Of a stretch of 64,000 bases of DNA, positions 1 through 12,019 are shown in pieces. Each line of letters begins with the position of its first letter. Position 1 is the first letter of the stretch. Source of the stretch: Hemiscyllium ocellatum (taxonomy: Eukaryota). The stretch spans positions 71,643,003-71,707,002 of the forward strand of contig NC_083403.1 of the NCBI RefSeq assembly GCF_020745735.1, in the 5' to 3' direction. Position numbers and translations under genes: made by a program. The notes beneath the pieces were generated by a model. The model worked only from the letters and a program-made list of their open reading frames with translations. It ran no database searches and had not been told where the DNA came from.

Positions 1-455
1 ATGGTCACTACTTCCCAGTGGCTCTTTCACTTCGAGGCCCCTCATCAATTCTGGTTCTTTGCACAACACCAGATCCAGAATTACCTTCTCCCTGATAGGC
101 TCCAGCACCAGCTGTTCTAAGAATCCATCTCGGAGGCACTCTACAAAGTTTCTTTCTTGAGGTCTAGTACCATCCTGATTCTCCCAGTCTACCTGTATGT
201 TGAAATCCCCCATAACAACTGTGGTAACATCTTTGCGACAGGCCAATTTCATCTCCTGATTCAACTTACACCCTATATCCATACTACTGTTTGGGGGGAC
301 TGTAGATAACTCCCAAGAGGGTCTTTTTACCCTTAGAATTTCTCAGCTCTATCCATACTGACTCTACGTCCCCCTGCGCAAGGGACTGAATATCATCCCT
401 TACCAACATGGCCACCCCACCCCCTCTGCCCGTCAGTCTGTCCTTACGATAGCAC
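1..455 (-). mobile_element. CR1 LINE ORF2 fragment (APE endonuclease region)
   Basis: ORF 284..469(-) reads YRKDR..GRGGGVAMLVRD..ESVWIELRNSKGKKTLLGVIYSPP, the typical CR1 endonuclease motif. Truncated by the window edge. Confidence 0.9.
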
Positions 456-467
456 GTATGATGTGCC

Positions 468-822
468 ATGATGGGATGAATGTGGATTTCTCCAGCTTCC
501 TCATTTCCCCTCCCCCCACCTCATCTCAGTCCCAACCCCCGGATTCAGCACCGCCTTCTTGACCTGCAATTTTCTTTCCGACCTCTCTCTGCCCCCACTC
601 CCTCTCCGGCCTATCACCCTCACTCTCACCTCCTTCCACCTATCGTATTACCAGTGCCCCTCCCCCAAATATCCACACCACCCCCCGCCACCTTTTATCT
701 CAGTCCACTTGGCACACCAGCCTCATTCCCGAAGAAGGGCTTATGCCTGAAACGTCGATTCTCGTGCTCCTTGGATGTTGCCTGGCTTGCTGTGTTTTTC
801 CAGCACCACACTTTTCAACTCT
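468..822 (+). mobile_element. Penelope-like (Neptune-type) 3' end with tail-less pLTR and degenerate hammerhead
   Basis: C-rich 3' region matches 49890-50090 and 24330-24590. It is followed by ATTC-CCGAAGA-AGGGCTTATGCCT-GAAACGTC (~725-756) and ends ...CACCACACTTTTCAACTCT. Confidence 0.85.
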
Positions 823-2199
823 TAATACACACAGAGATCAAGAATTCCAGACACAGACAAAAAAAACTAAGTGGAGACCACAACCAGATCAGTCATAATC
901 CTAAAGACTGGTAGAGGAGCCTCAAGGGGCCAAATGATCTACTCCAGCTTTTGATGTGCCATCTTTCTCTGACTTCCATGTAAAAAAATCTAGTTTATGC
1001 TCTTTCATAGCATACTATATTGCTACTTAAGAGCTTTCTGTAAGTATTCTGTAATTACAGTAACTTTGTTCAGGTTACTGGTTAATTTATTTGATGACAC
1101 CATTACATTACTAGATTTGAGTCCGAGTAACAGTAAACAGATAATTGTGTGACTTACACCCACTTGAATTACCAAATCCTGTAATGTTAGAATGATAATT
1201 ACAGACATGAACTAGACTTTTCAACAGGCTAAATATTTCCTATTCATCCGATTAAGTGTACCAGTGAATGTATGAGTACGGTGACCATGTATAATAAATC
1301 ATTTTCAGTCTCCATGTACAGTGAATTCTTAATTATGTATAATGCTGTTTTCAAAGAAGTTCTCATTACAACATATTTGGTATAATTCTATATAAAAATA
1401 GGACAGAAGTTTTAATTGTTTGTTTCTGATAATTACAGAAGGGGTGGGTTCAAGAAGTCAAAAAATGTAAAATATCTATCATACCGGATTTCAATCCATT
1501 TTTTGAAACATGAACTTTGGACCTTTTTTAATAGCAGTCATGTTAAACTGAGGTCGTGATGGCATATTTTAGACGCCATACAATATGGCAGTGTGCACAC
1601 TATAAAAGTCGTCAGGGATTTATCCACTATAAAATGAGTATCCAGGGATGTAAAAAGCTCCATTGTAAGATTTGCGAGAGAATCATCAAGCTTATTTTAT
1701 GAGTCATTTCTGATTGTGATTTTCATTTTTTTGCTTTGCTCTTTTTATTCAACTTTTTTATATGAGGCCAGCAACTCTTTAAACCTGTGTCACTCAAAGC
1801 CACCTTGCACCCGTTAAAACTGGGTGAATTCTGACTGCAGTGGGTATGAAAGGCCATCGTGGGAGAGTGCCTGACCTACAGGAGGTGTAAACGCAGCACA
1901 ATATGGCATGAACCAAGGTCCCCAATTTTCTGATGCGCTTCTTAGAGCCCTGTAGAATGTAGGTGGGGGGGGGGGGTGGGAAATGGGAATAGAAATGTAT
2001 TTTATCCATAAGGAATCAAGACGCTATCCAGAGAAGAATTTAGAAGGAAATGGGAGCGCAAGAATATGGATGCAGTGCTTCAAGAAATTTAACAACTGTA
2101 CAGACATTCCAGATCAAAGACTTCATCTTCAAATGATATATCCGACCACATTTTGGATGAAACTTCTTTAATCAAAAAGGGAGGGAGAAAAAAAGCAGA

Positions 2200-2645
2200 T
2201 AAGTATAACCCAGGTAACTTAAAAATGTTATAGCAGGGCATTTACAAAAAGTACGAAGTCCCGGAGGTTGGCTAACGTGGTGCCACTGTTTAAGAAGGGT
2301 GGTAAGGACAATCCAGGGAACTATAGACCAATGAGCCTGACGTCGATGGTGGGCAAGTTGTTGGAGGGAATCCTGAGGGACAGGATGTACATGTATTTGG
2401 AAAAGCAAGAACTGATTAGGAATAGTCAACACGGCTTTGTACGTGGGAAATCATGTCTCACAAACTTGATTGAGTTTTTTGAGCAAGTAACAAAGAGGAT
2501 TGATGAGGACAGAGCGGTACATGTGATCTGTATGGACTTCAGTAAGGTGTTCAACAAGGTTCACCATGGAAGACTGATTAGCAAGGTTAGATCTCATGGA
2601 ATACAGGGAATACTAGTCATTTAGATACAGAACTGACTCAGAGGT
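2200..2645 (+). mobile_element. CR1 LINE ORF2 fragment (RT N-terminus)
   Basis: ORF 2268..2624 reads ANVVPLFKKGGKDNPGNYRPMSLTS..QHGFVRGKSCLTNLIEFF..MDFSKVF. Confidence 0.95.
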
Positions 2646-2777
2646 ACACCATTAAGGCTCATAGTCTACCTCTCTCACTTGCTGTGGCCCTCCCCAACCT
2701 CACAAGTTCAGGCCACCTCACCAGCTTCCCCTGATGGCACCAACATGAACATCTGTGATAGCAGCTCTCATCTCTCT

Positions 2778-2981
2778 CAGTGGTGATATCATGATAATAT
2801 CATTAAAGCTGTAATCCTGAATACCAGATTAATATTCTGCTGTCATTGGTTTGTATCCCAAAATGACAAATGGTAATATTTGAATTCAGTAAAAATCTGG
2901 AATGAAAGCTAGCCACATGGTGACACTGTAAGTATTGTGTTGATGATTGTAAAACCTCATCTGGTTCACTACTGTCCTTTG
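2778..2981 (+). mobile_element. SacSINE1-like (tRNA-derived, Deu-type) SINE fragment
   Basis: Degenerate tRNA-like head followed by TTTGAATTCAGTAAAAATCTGGAAT...CATCTGGTTCACTACTGTCCTTT. Matches copies at 11700-11990 and 20890-22570. Confidence 0.6.
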
Positions 2982-4249
2982 ACTTGAAGTTTGATGGAGT
3001 ATACTAACTGATATTCCTGCTAATTTCCTCTTTTCCTGTTGAATGCAGATCTCCGACATTGATGCACAACAGCAGCTTCAGGAAACAGAAGTCAGTGCTC
3101 CAATGACTGGTCACTGTGAGCAGAACCTCCTGATGGTGGCTGTACAGCTCAGAGGAGACATTGGCACCATCTTGGGACCCTGCTCCTTCTGGCATGGGAG
3201 AGGCTGGCTGCCTCCATGGGCAGGTTGGGTGGCTGCCATGGAGAGCCAGGTCCAGCACTCTCAGTAAAACAAAGCAGGTGCTGGAAATCACAAATTAAGA
3301 CAGAATTATAGTTAAAGTTAAGTTTTATTGTCACCTGTACTCAAGTACAAAATTACAGGAGTACTGTGAAGAATGTACAATGTCGCCATGCACTTGTATC
3401 TAGTTACAAACCTTAAGTATGAACAAAAGGAGAGAAATAAAGAAAAAAAGCTAAAAGTTCTACATTACAGTTCTTCAAAGTACAAATTAGGAAAATAAAG
3501 AAATAAAGTTAAAAGATAGGCATTACAGTTCTTCTATAGCCTGCTGTTGCTCCATGCTGGAAGCTTTCTACATGATGACTCTCTCTCCCCATTCTGGGCC
3601 TACCCAACTGGGCATGCAAGCCACTAAACAGTAAGAAATAAAAGTGACAGAGAAACAGAATTAAAGGCTCATAAAGATAACACCATTTTCTCTCTCCGCG
3701 GATGTTGTGAGACCTGTTGAGATCCTCTTGCACTATGAGGATATACATCTCCATCTCAACACTTATTGATGCTCAGTATCAACTGTGAAGTGACATGGGG
3801 ACAAGGGACCTGAACCTAACACCAGGTGCTCCTTCCACACAAGGAGACTGAGTAGTGTTTGTAGGCACCCGGCTGGAGGAAGAGCCACATACAACTTTGC
3901 CAGAAGTTTTCACTCAGGGCACTCCAGATGTAGTCATGCCTTCCACTTTCATCCTGCCTGCCATCCCAACCCTGTGGGTGTCCAAGCTGAGGAGGATGGA
4001 CCACCTCTGGGTAGCACACACTGAGCCCTACCCTCACAAAGGTCCTTGGAGGTCAACCGACTGAAAATTCCAAGACCACCAGACTCCACAATAGGACATG
4101 CTCCATCTACCACAATGATGTAGCCTGGGACTGCATCAGATGTAGCAGAAAAGAGAAAAAGATCCTCTGAGGGTGCAAAAGTGGCAGGGGTGAAAACTCC
4201 TGTGAGGTGAACAACTCCTGTATTGTTTACAAGCTATGGAACCTTGGAG

Positions 4250-4640
4250 GGTGATTGCTATTTTGGCAACTCACAGGAGTATTTCCAGACTGCAATAGAT
4301 TTCTAGTGCATCACAGCCCTTAGTGGGGTTGAACCACAATGTTGCATGATGTGGACAAGGATGCTTGGAACCAGGATTTTGAGGCCACATAGTAGCCCAA
4401 TACATAAGATTCACAGACAACATTTTGTGATCACAGGCTTTCATCCTTACTGTATAATGTCTATTTAATGCTACTGCCCTTTGAAGGACCTCACATTGCA
4501 CAAAAATTGAGCCCTTTTTGTCAAAGAATGAAACGCTGAATCTGCCTACTCCTGGTGTGGAGGCAGACATTTTCAATGACATTGTGTACATGCTATTTGG
4601 ATAAAGATTGAAAGAAACAGGGGCTGAACTTCACAAAGTG
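4250..4640 (-). pseudogene. Highly decayed PIF/Harbinger transposase relic
   Basis: Minus-strand pieces IACTQ, FFDKKG, ACDHKM and PGSKH occur in the same order as HARBI1-type AIDCTH / FINRKG / VCDH / PGSCHD motifs. Confidence 0.5.
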
Positions 4641-4677
4641 GGTCACAGACTCAATGTCTCAGTCTAATTGCCTTCCT

Positions 4678-4895
4678 CGAGAAGGTGAGGACTGCAGATG
4701 CTGAAGATCAGAGTCGAGCGTGTGGTGCTGGAAAAGCACAGCAGGTCAGGCAATATCCAAGAACCAGAAGAAGGGCTTCTGAAGGGCTTATGCAATAGGC
4801 ATACCAGATGAAGGGCTTATGCCTGAAAAGTCGATTCTCCTGCTCCTTGGATGCTGCCTCTCCTGCTGTGCTTTTCCAGCACCACACTCTCGACG
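4678..4895. mobile_element. Short inverted PLE pLTR insertion (family A)
   Basis: Left arm (-) carries a 34-nt tail; right arm (+) has a hammerhead and no tail. TSD AATTGCCTTCCT at 4666-4677 and 4896-4907. Confidence 0.9.
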
Positions 4896-7866
4896 AATTG
4901 CCTTCCTTGACAACCCATAGACTTTAGTCTGAAAGTGGCTGAAGATCCCTATAAATAATCCTGATGGGATTGGAAAGAGGGCTGTTCTTCCTATTACTGG
5001 ATCCATATCCCATTTTGTGAGATTAAACAAGGGTGTTACCAATGATAACAAGGTTTCATTAACATACATCTGCTACATACTCCCAAAACCTGTGCGAAGA
5101 TTCACACCAAAGGATGCTGGATATGGATTATACTGAAAATATGCTCAAACCAATTTGAAATCAATGGAGCACAATTTTGAAACCCTTATGTTTTGGCACA
5201 TCAATCTTTTTGGAACATTTATAGTGCTGGGGTGGTAGGTGTTTCAAAGCATATTCCATTTTATTCTTGTTTTTTTTAGAGAAGACAGCTAGGATGCTTG
5301 GTGCGTGAGGCTTACCGAGGGATGGACTGAATCTGACCACTTCCAATCTGTCCTGTTCCACCTAATATATTTAGGCAGATGTGCACTTAGCTGATAATCA
5401 CTCTGGGGAACCAATTCAGTGTATTCCAGCCAGAAAAGTTCAGATGAAGGGACATTAGCAAATAAGATTTGCCATATCGTATACCTGGCACTACCACATT
5501 ATTTAGCATCATGATTTTGACAGCCATTGACTGAGGAACTGGACTGTGTGCTCCTCTGATAATTGATCATGGGCTAATTTTCATTCCCTCACAATTATTA
5601 TGTTTCACTAGACCTTGCCAGCCATTTTTACTACTCAAGGAGCCTCTACCAAAGGCTTTCTTTGAATTTTATTAAAATAGCAATCTTTAGTCAAGTTGTT
5701 GTATTTTAGTCCTTAGTTAAATGCCTATGTCCTGTCCATTCCTCTCCACCATCCCGTGACGTCTCATTTTTTTGTTTAAATGAGTTAAATGTTCAAGTTG
5801 AGTTAAGTTGAATTTGTCAAATCAGTCAATCTAATCATTAAATGTCTGCTGATAAAGCCTTACAAATATCAGTTGAAGCTTCAACTGGAAACTAACTGCC
5901 CGGAATATAAAGACATTGACAGAAAAAAAGTTCTGTCTGTAACAGGCTGCTCCTTTTTTGAGGTATTTTAGGTGTTGGAGGCGATTTTCTTGAATTCCAG
6001 GAGCAGCAATTCCAGTTTTATATGCTGTTGTAATTGCTTTGTAACTTTGGAAAATAAAGGCAAACCAACAGCACTTTTAGAAGGTTAAAGACAGCCAAAG
6101 GCAGCAAGCACATGGTCTGTAAGGGAGAGAGAAAAATAAACCCACACTGCGAACTGACACAGCAGTGAATCTGTGCAGTTACTGCCTTTGCTGTTTGAAT
6201 TCATGTATCGCTGGACATAGGAGTGTGTTGAGGAAAACTTAAACAGTGCAATTCACAACTGATATTGGAGAAACCTGTTTGGGAGAGGTCACAACACAGA
6301 AGCAGATAAGTAAGTAGTTGTAAGCATAGACTTGCTGTAAGTCTACGATAAGGAGTAGCCTGGGTTCTTTCTTGATGATACGTTTTTATTGGGATCTATC
6401 TCTTCATTAAATTTTAAAAATATACGCCATAAGTATTAAGTGAGCTTGGAGCAGTGTTTTGTAGAACAAAAGATGGTGCTATTTTCTGGGTCTGTAGATT
6501 AGAAGGAACAAAATGGCCTTTAGCAGAGTGATATGTTCTTGTCGGACATAGGAGTTTCAGGAGAGTTTAAGGTTACTGAGGATTATATTTGCAGCAAATG
6601 GCGTTGGTTGTGAATTCAAACAGTCAGGGCAAGCAGAGACAAAGCAGAGAACAAGGTAGGGCTGATAAATTAAACTGCATTTATTTCAATGCAAGAGGCC
6701 TAACAGGGAAGGCAGCTGAACTCAGGGCATGTTTAGGAACATGGGAATGGGATACCATTGCAATTATAGAAATGTAGCTCAGAGATGGACAGCCTAATTT
6801 TCCAGGATACAAATGCTATAGGAAGGATAGAAAGGGAGGCAAGAGAGGAGGGGGAGTGGTGTTTTTTATTAAGGGATACTGTTGTAGCTGTACATAGGGA
6901 GAATATTCCTGGAAATACATCCAGGCGAGTTATTTGGGTGGAACTGAGAAATAAAAAAGGCATGAACACCTTATTGGGATTGTATTATAGACCCCCTAGT
7001 CAGCGGGAATTTGTAAAGAGATTTCAGTTATCTGTTAAAATTATGGGGTGGTTATGGAAGGGGGTTTTAACTTTCCAAACATAGACTGAGACTGCCATAG
7101 TGTTAAGGGTTTAGATGGAGAGGAATTTGTTAAAAGTGTACAAGAAAATTTTCTGAGTCAGTATGTGGATGTGTCTACTCTTGGGAAATAAGGCAGGGCA
7201 GGTGACTGAGGTGTCAGTGGGGGAGCACTTTAAGGTCAGCGACCATAATTCAATTAGTTTTAAAATAATATGGAAAAGGATAGACCAGATGTAACAGTTG
7301 GAGTTCTAAATTGGAGGCCAGCTAATTTTGATGGTATTAGGCAAGAACTTCCAAAAGCTAATTAGGTGCAGATGTTTGCAGGTAAAGGGATGGCTGGAAA
7401 ATGGGAAGCCTTCAGAAATGAGATAATGAGAGTCCAGAGACAGTATATTCCTGTTAGGGTGAAAAGAAAGGCTGGTAGGTATAGAGAATGCTGGATGACT
7501 AGAGAAATTGAGATTTTCATTAAGTAAAAGAAGGAAGCATATGTCAGGTATAAACAGGAGAGATCGAGTGGATCCTTTGAAGGGTATAAAGGCAGTAGGA
7601 GTATATTTAAGAGAGAAATCATAAGGGCAAAAAGGGGACATGAGATAGCTTTGGCAAATAGGGTTAAGGAGAATTCAAAGGGTATTACAAATGCATTAAG
7701 GACAAAATAGTAACTAGGGCCCCTCAAAGATCAGCAAGGCAGCCATTGTGTGGAGTTGTGTTAGATGGGGGAGATACTAAACGAGTATTTTGCATCAGTG
7801 TTAACTGTGGAGAATGACATGGAAGATATAGACTGTAGGGAAATAGGTGGTGATATCTTTAAAATT

Positions 7867-7974
7867 TTCGAGTAAAAAATGAGGTCTGCAGATGCTGGAG
7901 ATCACAGCTGAAAATGTGTTGCTGGTCAAAGCACAAGCAGGCCAGGCAGCATCTCAGGAATAGGGAATTCGACG
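7867..7974 (-). mobile_element. 108-bp solo PLE pLTR plus tail (family B) nested in CR1
   Basis: TSD TATCTTTAAAATT at 7854-7866 and 7975-7987. Sequence matches 9439-9545. Confidence 0.92.
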
Positions 7975-9438
7975 TATCTTTAAAATTGTCCATATTACAG
8001 AGGAAGAAGTGCTGAATGTCTTGAAATGCATAAAAGTGGATAAATTCCTAGGACTTGATGAGGTGCACCATAGAACTCTGTGGGAAGTCAAGGAGACGGT
8101 TGCTGGGCTCCTTGCTGAGATATTTGTATCATCAATAGTCAAAGGTAAGGTACCAGAAGACTGGAGGTTGGCTAATGCGGTGCCTCTGCTTAAGAAAGGT
8201 GGTAAGGACAAGCCAGGGAACTATAGACCAGTGAGCCTGACATCAGTTGTGGGCAAGTTGTTGGCAGGAATCATGAGGAACAGCATTTACACGTATTTGG
8301 AAAGGTAAGGCCTGATTAGGGCTAGCCAACATGGCTTTGCGTTTGGGAAATAATGTCTCACGAACTTGATTGAGTTTTTTGGAAGGGTAGCAGGGGGGCA
8401 TTGATGAGGGCAGAGCAGTGGATGTGATCTATATGGACTTAAGTAAGATTTTTGACAAGGATCTCCATGGGAGACATGGCAAGGTAGATCTCACAGAATT
8501 CAGGGAGAACTAGCCATTTGGAAAAGGAACTGGCTCGAAGGTAGGAGACTGAGGATATTGGTGGAGGGTTGTTTTTCAGAATGGAGGCCTGTGACCAATG
8601 AAGTGCCACACAGATTGATGCTGGGTCCACTACATTTTGTCATTTATATAAATGATTTGAATATGAACATAGGAGGTTAAGAGTTAGTGAGTTTGCAGAT
8701 GACACCAAAATTTGAGGTGTAATGGACAGAGAAGAAAGTTACCTCAGTTTACAATAGGATCTTGATCAGATGGGCCAATGGACTGAGGAGTTGTATATGG
8801 AATTTAATTCAGATAAATGCCAGGTGCTGCATTTTGGAAAAACAAATCTTAGCAGGACTTATACATTTAATGGTAAGGTCCTAGGGAGTGTTGCTGAACA
8901 AAGAGACCTTGGAGTGCAGGTTCCGAGCTCCTTGAAAGTAGAGTTGCAGGTAGATAGGATAGTGAAGGTGGCGTTTGGTATGCTTTTCTTTTTGTTCAGA
9001 GCATTGAGCATAGGAATTAGAAAGTCATGTTGCAGCGCGTCAGGACATTGGTTAGGCCACTTTTGGAATATTGCATGCAATTCTAGTCTCCTTCCTGTCG
9101 GAAGTATGTTGTGAAACTTAAAAGGGTTCAGAAAAGCTTTGCAAGGATGTTGCCAGCATTGGAGGATTTGAGTTATAAGGAGAGATTGAATAGGCTGGGG
9201 CTGTTTTGCCTGGAGCGTTGGAGGCTGAGGGGTGAACTCATAGAATTTTTAAAAATCAAGAGGGGCATGGGGATAGGGTAAATGGACAAGGTGTTTTCCC
9301 TGGCGTGGGGGAATCCAGAACTAGAAGGCATAGGTTCAGTATGAGAGGGGAAAGGGCAATATTTTCACACAGAGGGTGGTGCACGTATGCAATGAGTTGC
9401 CAGAGGAAGTGGTGGAGGCTAGTACAATTGCAACATTT

Positions 9439-9702
9439 TCGGGTAAAAAATGAGGTCTGCAGATGCTGGAGATCACAGCTGAAAATGTGTTGCTGGTTAA
9501 AGCACAGCAGGTTACGCAGCATCCAAGGAATAGGAAATTCGACGTTTCGGGCATAAGCCTTGGATGCTGCGTAACCTGCTGTGCTTTAACCAGCAACACA
9601 TTTTTAGCATTCGTGATGAAGGGCTTATGCCCGAAACGTCGAATTTCCTATTCCTTGGATGCTGCCTAACCTGCTGTGCTTTAACCAGCAACACATTTTC
9701 AG
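9439..9702. mobile_element. Tripartite inverted PLE pLTR insertion (family B) nested in the CR1 3' region
   Basis: TSD CAATTGCAACATTT at 9425-9438 and 9703-9716. One (-) arm with a 39-nt tail, then a partial and a full (+) arm. Confidence 0.93.
9609..9644 (+). ncRNA. Minimal type-I hammerhead ribozyme motif (C3>G variant)
   Basis: ATTC-gTGATGA-A-GGGC ttat GCCC-GAAACGTC-GAAT. Stem I is ATTC/GAAT, stem II is 4 bp, stem III is palindromic ACGT, predicted site GUC. Confidence 0.75.
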
Positions 9703-10401
9703 CAATTGCAACATTTAAAAGGCACCTGGATGGGTATATGAATAGGAAGGATTTGGAGGGATATGGGCCTGGTGCTGGCAAATGGGACTAGATTAGGTTG
9801 GAATATCTGGTCGACATGGACAAGTTGGACCGAAGGGTCTGTTTCCGAGCTGTACATCTCTATGACTCTATATAAACTTTTTTGGGCATCAAGCAGGTGG
9901 ATTAATTTTGACTAAAAATGCCAATATTTAGCATGCATATTGTGCTAATGAAATAGCAGCTCAATACACCAATTTAGTCACTTCTGAGCACTTTAGCATC
10001 AAAAGAACCAATGAAAATTTTGGTCTTAAATTTCATTGATGGTATTCAATCCTAAAATGTTGCAATCTGCTAGCTTTTCTGTCACTGCAGATAGCTTCAG
10101 TATATAAGTTGAAGTATGAGGCACGTAACATATCTCTGGTATGCTCTTTGATTGTGAAGCTGTCTGACAAGTCTCTACTGATTTCAGTATTGATTCTGAA
10201 TGATTGTTTTGTCATTTCTGCAAATTATAATTTGTCTAAACACTTTGTTATTTACTGCAGGTGGACTCTATTGAATACCGTCTTGTCATCTATGAAGCAT
10301 ACTTAAACAACTTTTTTAATTTCAAAGTATTTTTAATGACAACTCTTAGGATCAAATGAAATGAAGTTAGAAATCAAGCTAAAATTTAAATTGCAAGGAC
10401 C

Positions 10402-10590
10402 ATTACAGAATTCCTACAATGTCAGAAGAGGCTATTCAGCCCATCAAGTCCACGTTGACCCTCCAAAGACTATCCCATCCATGCTCCCACCCTGTCCCCA
10501 TATTTACCATGGCTAATTCCCCTAACCTGCACATCCTTAGCCTGTGGGAGAAAACCGGAGCACCCAGATGAAACCCACATAGGGATGGGA
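10402..10590 (-). mobile_element. V-SINE (HE1-like) fragment
   Basis: Reverse complement of the V-domain: CCATGGCTAATTCCCCTAACCTGCACATC..TGTGGGAGAAAACCGGAGCACCC..GAAACCCAC. Confidence 0.85.
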
Positions 10591-11699
10591 ATTTGGCACC
10601 TTACAACAAATAAATATTCTGTGTCCACCTAAATCAGATTAACGTCAGAAATTCATAGATTCACAGGAAACTATGACAAACACTGGCCTTGCCAGTTACT
10701 CTCCCATCTTAATAAGGATTAAAAAAAAATCTGTCCTCTATTCCTGAAGAACCATTATAATTCACAATATAAAATGGTAACATCCTGAAGTTAGGCAGTA
10801 AGTATTTCTTGTGGGAACATCCTTTTGTAAAGATCTCACAATAGTACATAGGATATGAGTATACAATGTTCTGGCACAGCAGCCTGTGGACCAACGAATG
10901 TACCAGACTACGTGAGAAGTGCACTACATCACAATAAGACATAACTAGTAAACAGGAAGCAAAGTGACAGGTCTGAATAGCCGGACATCTGTGCCAGATT
11001 TTTGTTATGTACAAACCTTGCTGCCTTATTCACAAAACAAATAAAATACTTCTCCAGAGAAAAACTTGAAGAAACCAAGAATTTACCTCAATCCTCTATG
11101 ATAGTTTTCAGCATTTTGTTACATGCATTTTTGAATGACAAATCAAACACTATTCAAAATGAAAAAGTGTCATTTCTTTTTATTACAACGAGCCTTTTGA
11201 ATGGTTAAAGACATTTTCATAAATGTTAATAATTGCATGTTTCAATTAGCCTAAGGGTTACAATTTGTCTTTTTTTGAAATGGATGCTCCTTCAAATTGA
11301 TGCATTCAGTGAATCAGCCTAAGTTTCCTGGTATATTCAGAGAGGGATTTGTCAGCAGGGACTGAACATTGATTCCTCTTGGAATACATTGCTGACCATA
11401 TTTTATTGCCCCAATTCCTGGGGTCAGGGCATTTACTTCATATCTATGTGTATCCATGTCATTGACAGAAAGCCTGAGGCTTCTTCCTAGTGTGAAAGGA
11501 GGATGGGCCAGTGACAGTAGTTTTCACTATGACAGCTTAATTGCCACAATATATAAAAAAACATGCTAATAGGTGTAAAGACTTCCCACATTAGCCCCAG
11601 AAAAATATTACCCGTCTGGTGGGACATGATTGCCCCTTATCATATTTCACACTGCACCACACTTCTGGATTTAACTGAGCATTAGCATGTGACCATTTG

Positions 11700-11990
11700 G
11701 AGGTCTCAATGGCTTATTGATAACATCATTGGCTTAATAATCCAGATACTTAAATAAATGGTTTGGTGACATGTGTTTGAATCCCACCATGGAAAATGAT
11801 AAAAAAATGTTCATTCAGTTTAAATTTGGAATTAAAAAGGCAGTTTAATGATAAATGTGAACCATTATTGAAGTTGTTGCACAAAGCTACCTGGTTTATA
11901 ACGTCCTTTAGGGAAGGCTATCTCCCAAACATACCTGATCTGGGCTACATGTAACACCATTAGCCGCCACAACCTCAAAAAACCTTGGCT
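11700..11990 (+). mobile_element. SacSINE1-like SINE
   Basis: B-box-like GTTTGAATCCCACC, then core CTGGTTT..GTCCTTTAGGGAAGG..CTGGGCTACATGTAAC. Confidence 0.7.
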
Positions 11991-12019
11991 CACAGTGCAA
12001 TTTGGATATCTCTGCAGGT

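Larger units (their letters stand above)
5912..9869 (+). mobile_element. Near full-length CR1 LINE (5'UTR, ORF1 mostly deleted, decayed ORF2 EN-RT, 3' tail)
   Basis: ORF1 start at 6512 (MAFSRVICSC..EDYICSK, Cys-rich). ORF2 LNCIYFNARGL at ~6670, RT motifs at 8009-9110, tail CTGTACATCTCTATGACTCTA. Candidate TSD ATATAAA at 5905-5911 and 9870-9876. Carries two nested PLE insertions. Confidence 0.92.

Noticed and set aside
1961-1980. G-run with quadruplex potential
   Set aside because: Simple poly-G tract with no contextual evidence of function.
9256-9791. Cluster of overlapping ORFs on both strands with repeated peptides
   Set aside because: Artefact of inverted pLTR repeats, not genes.
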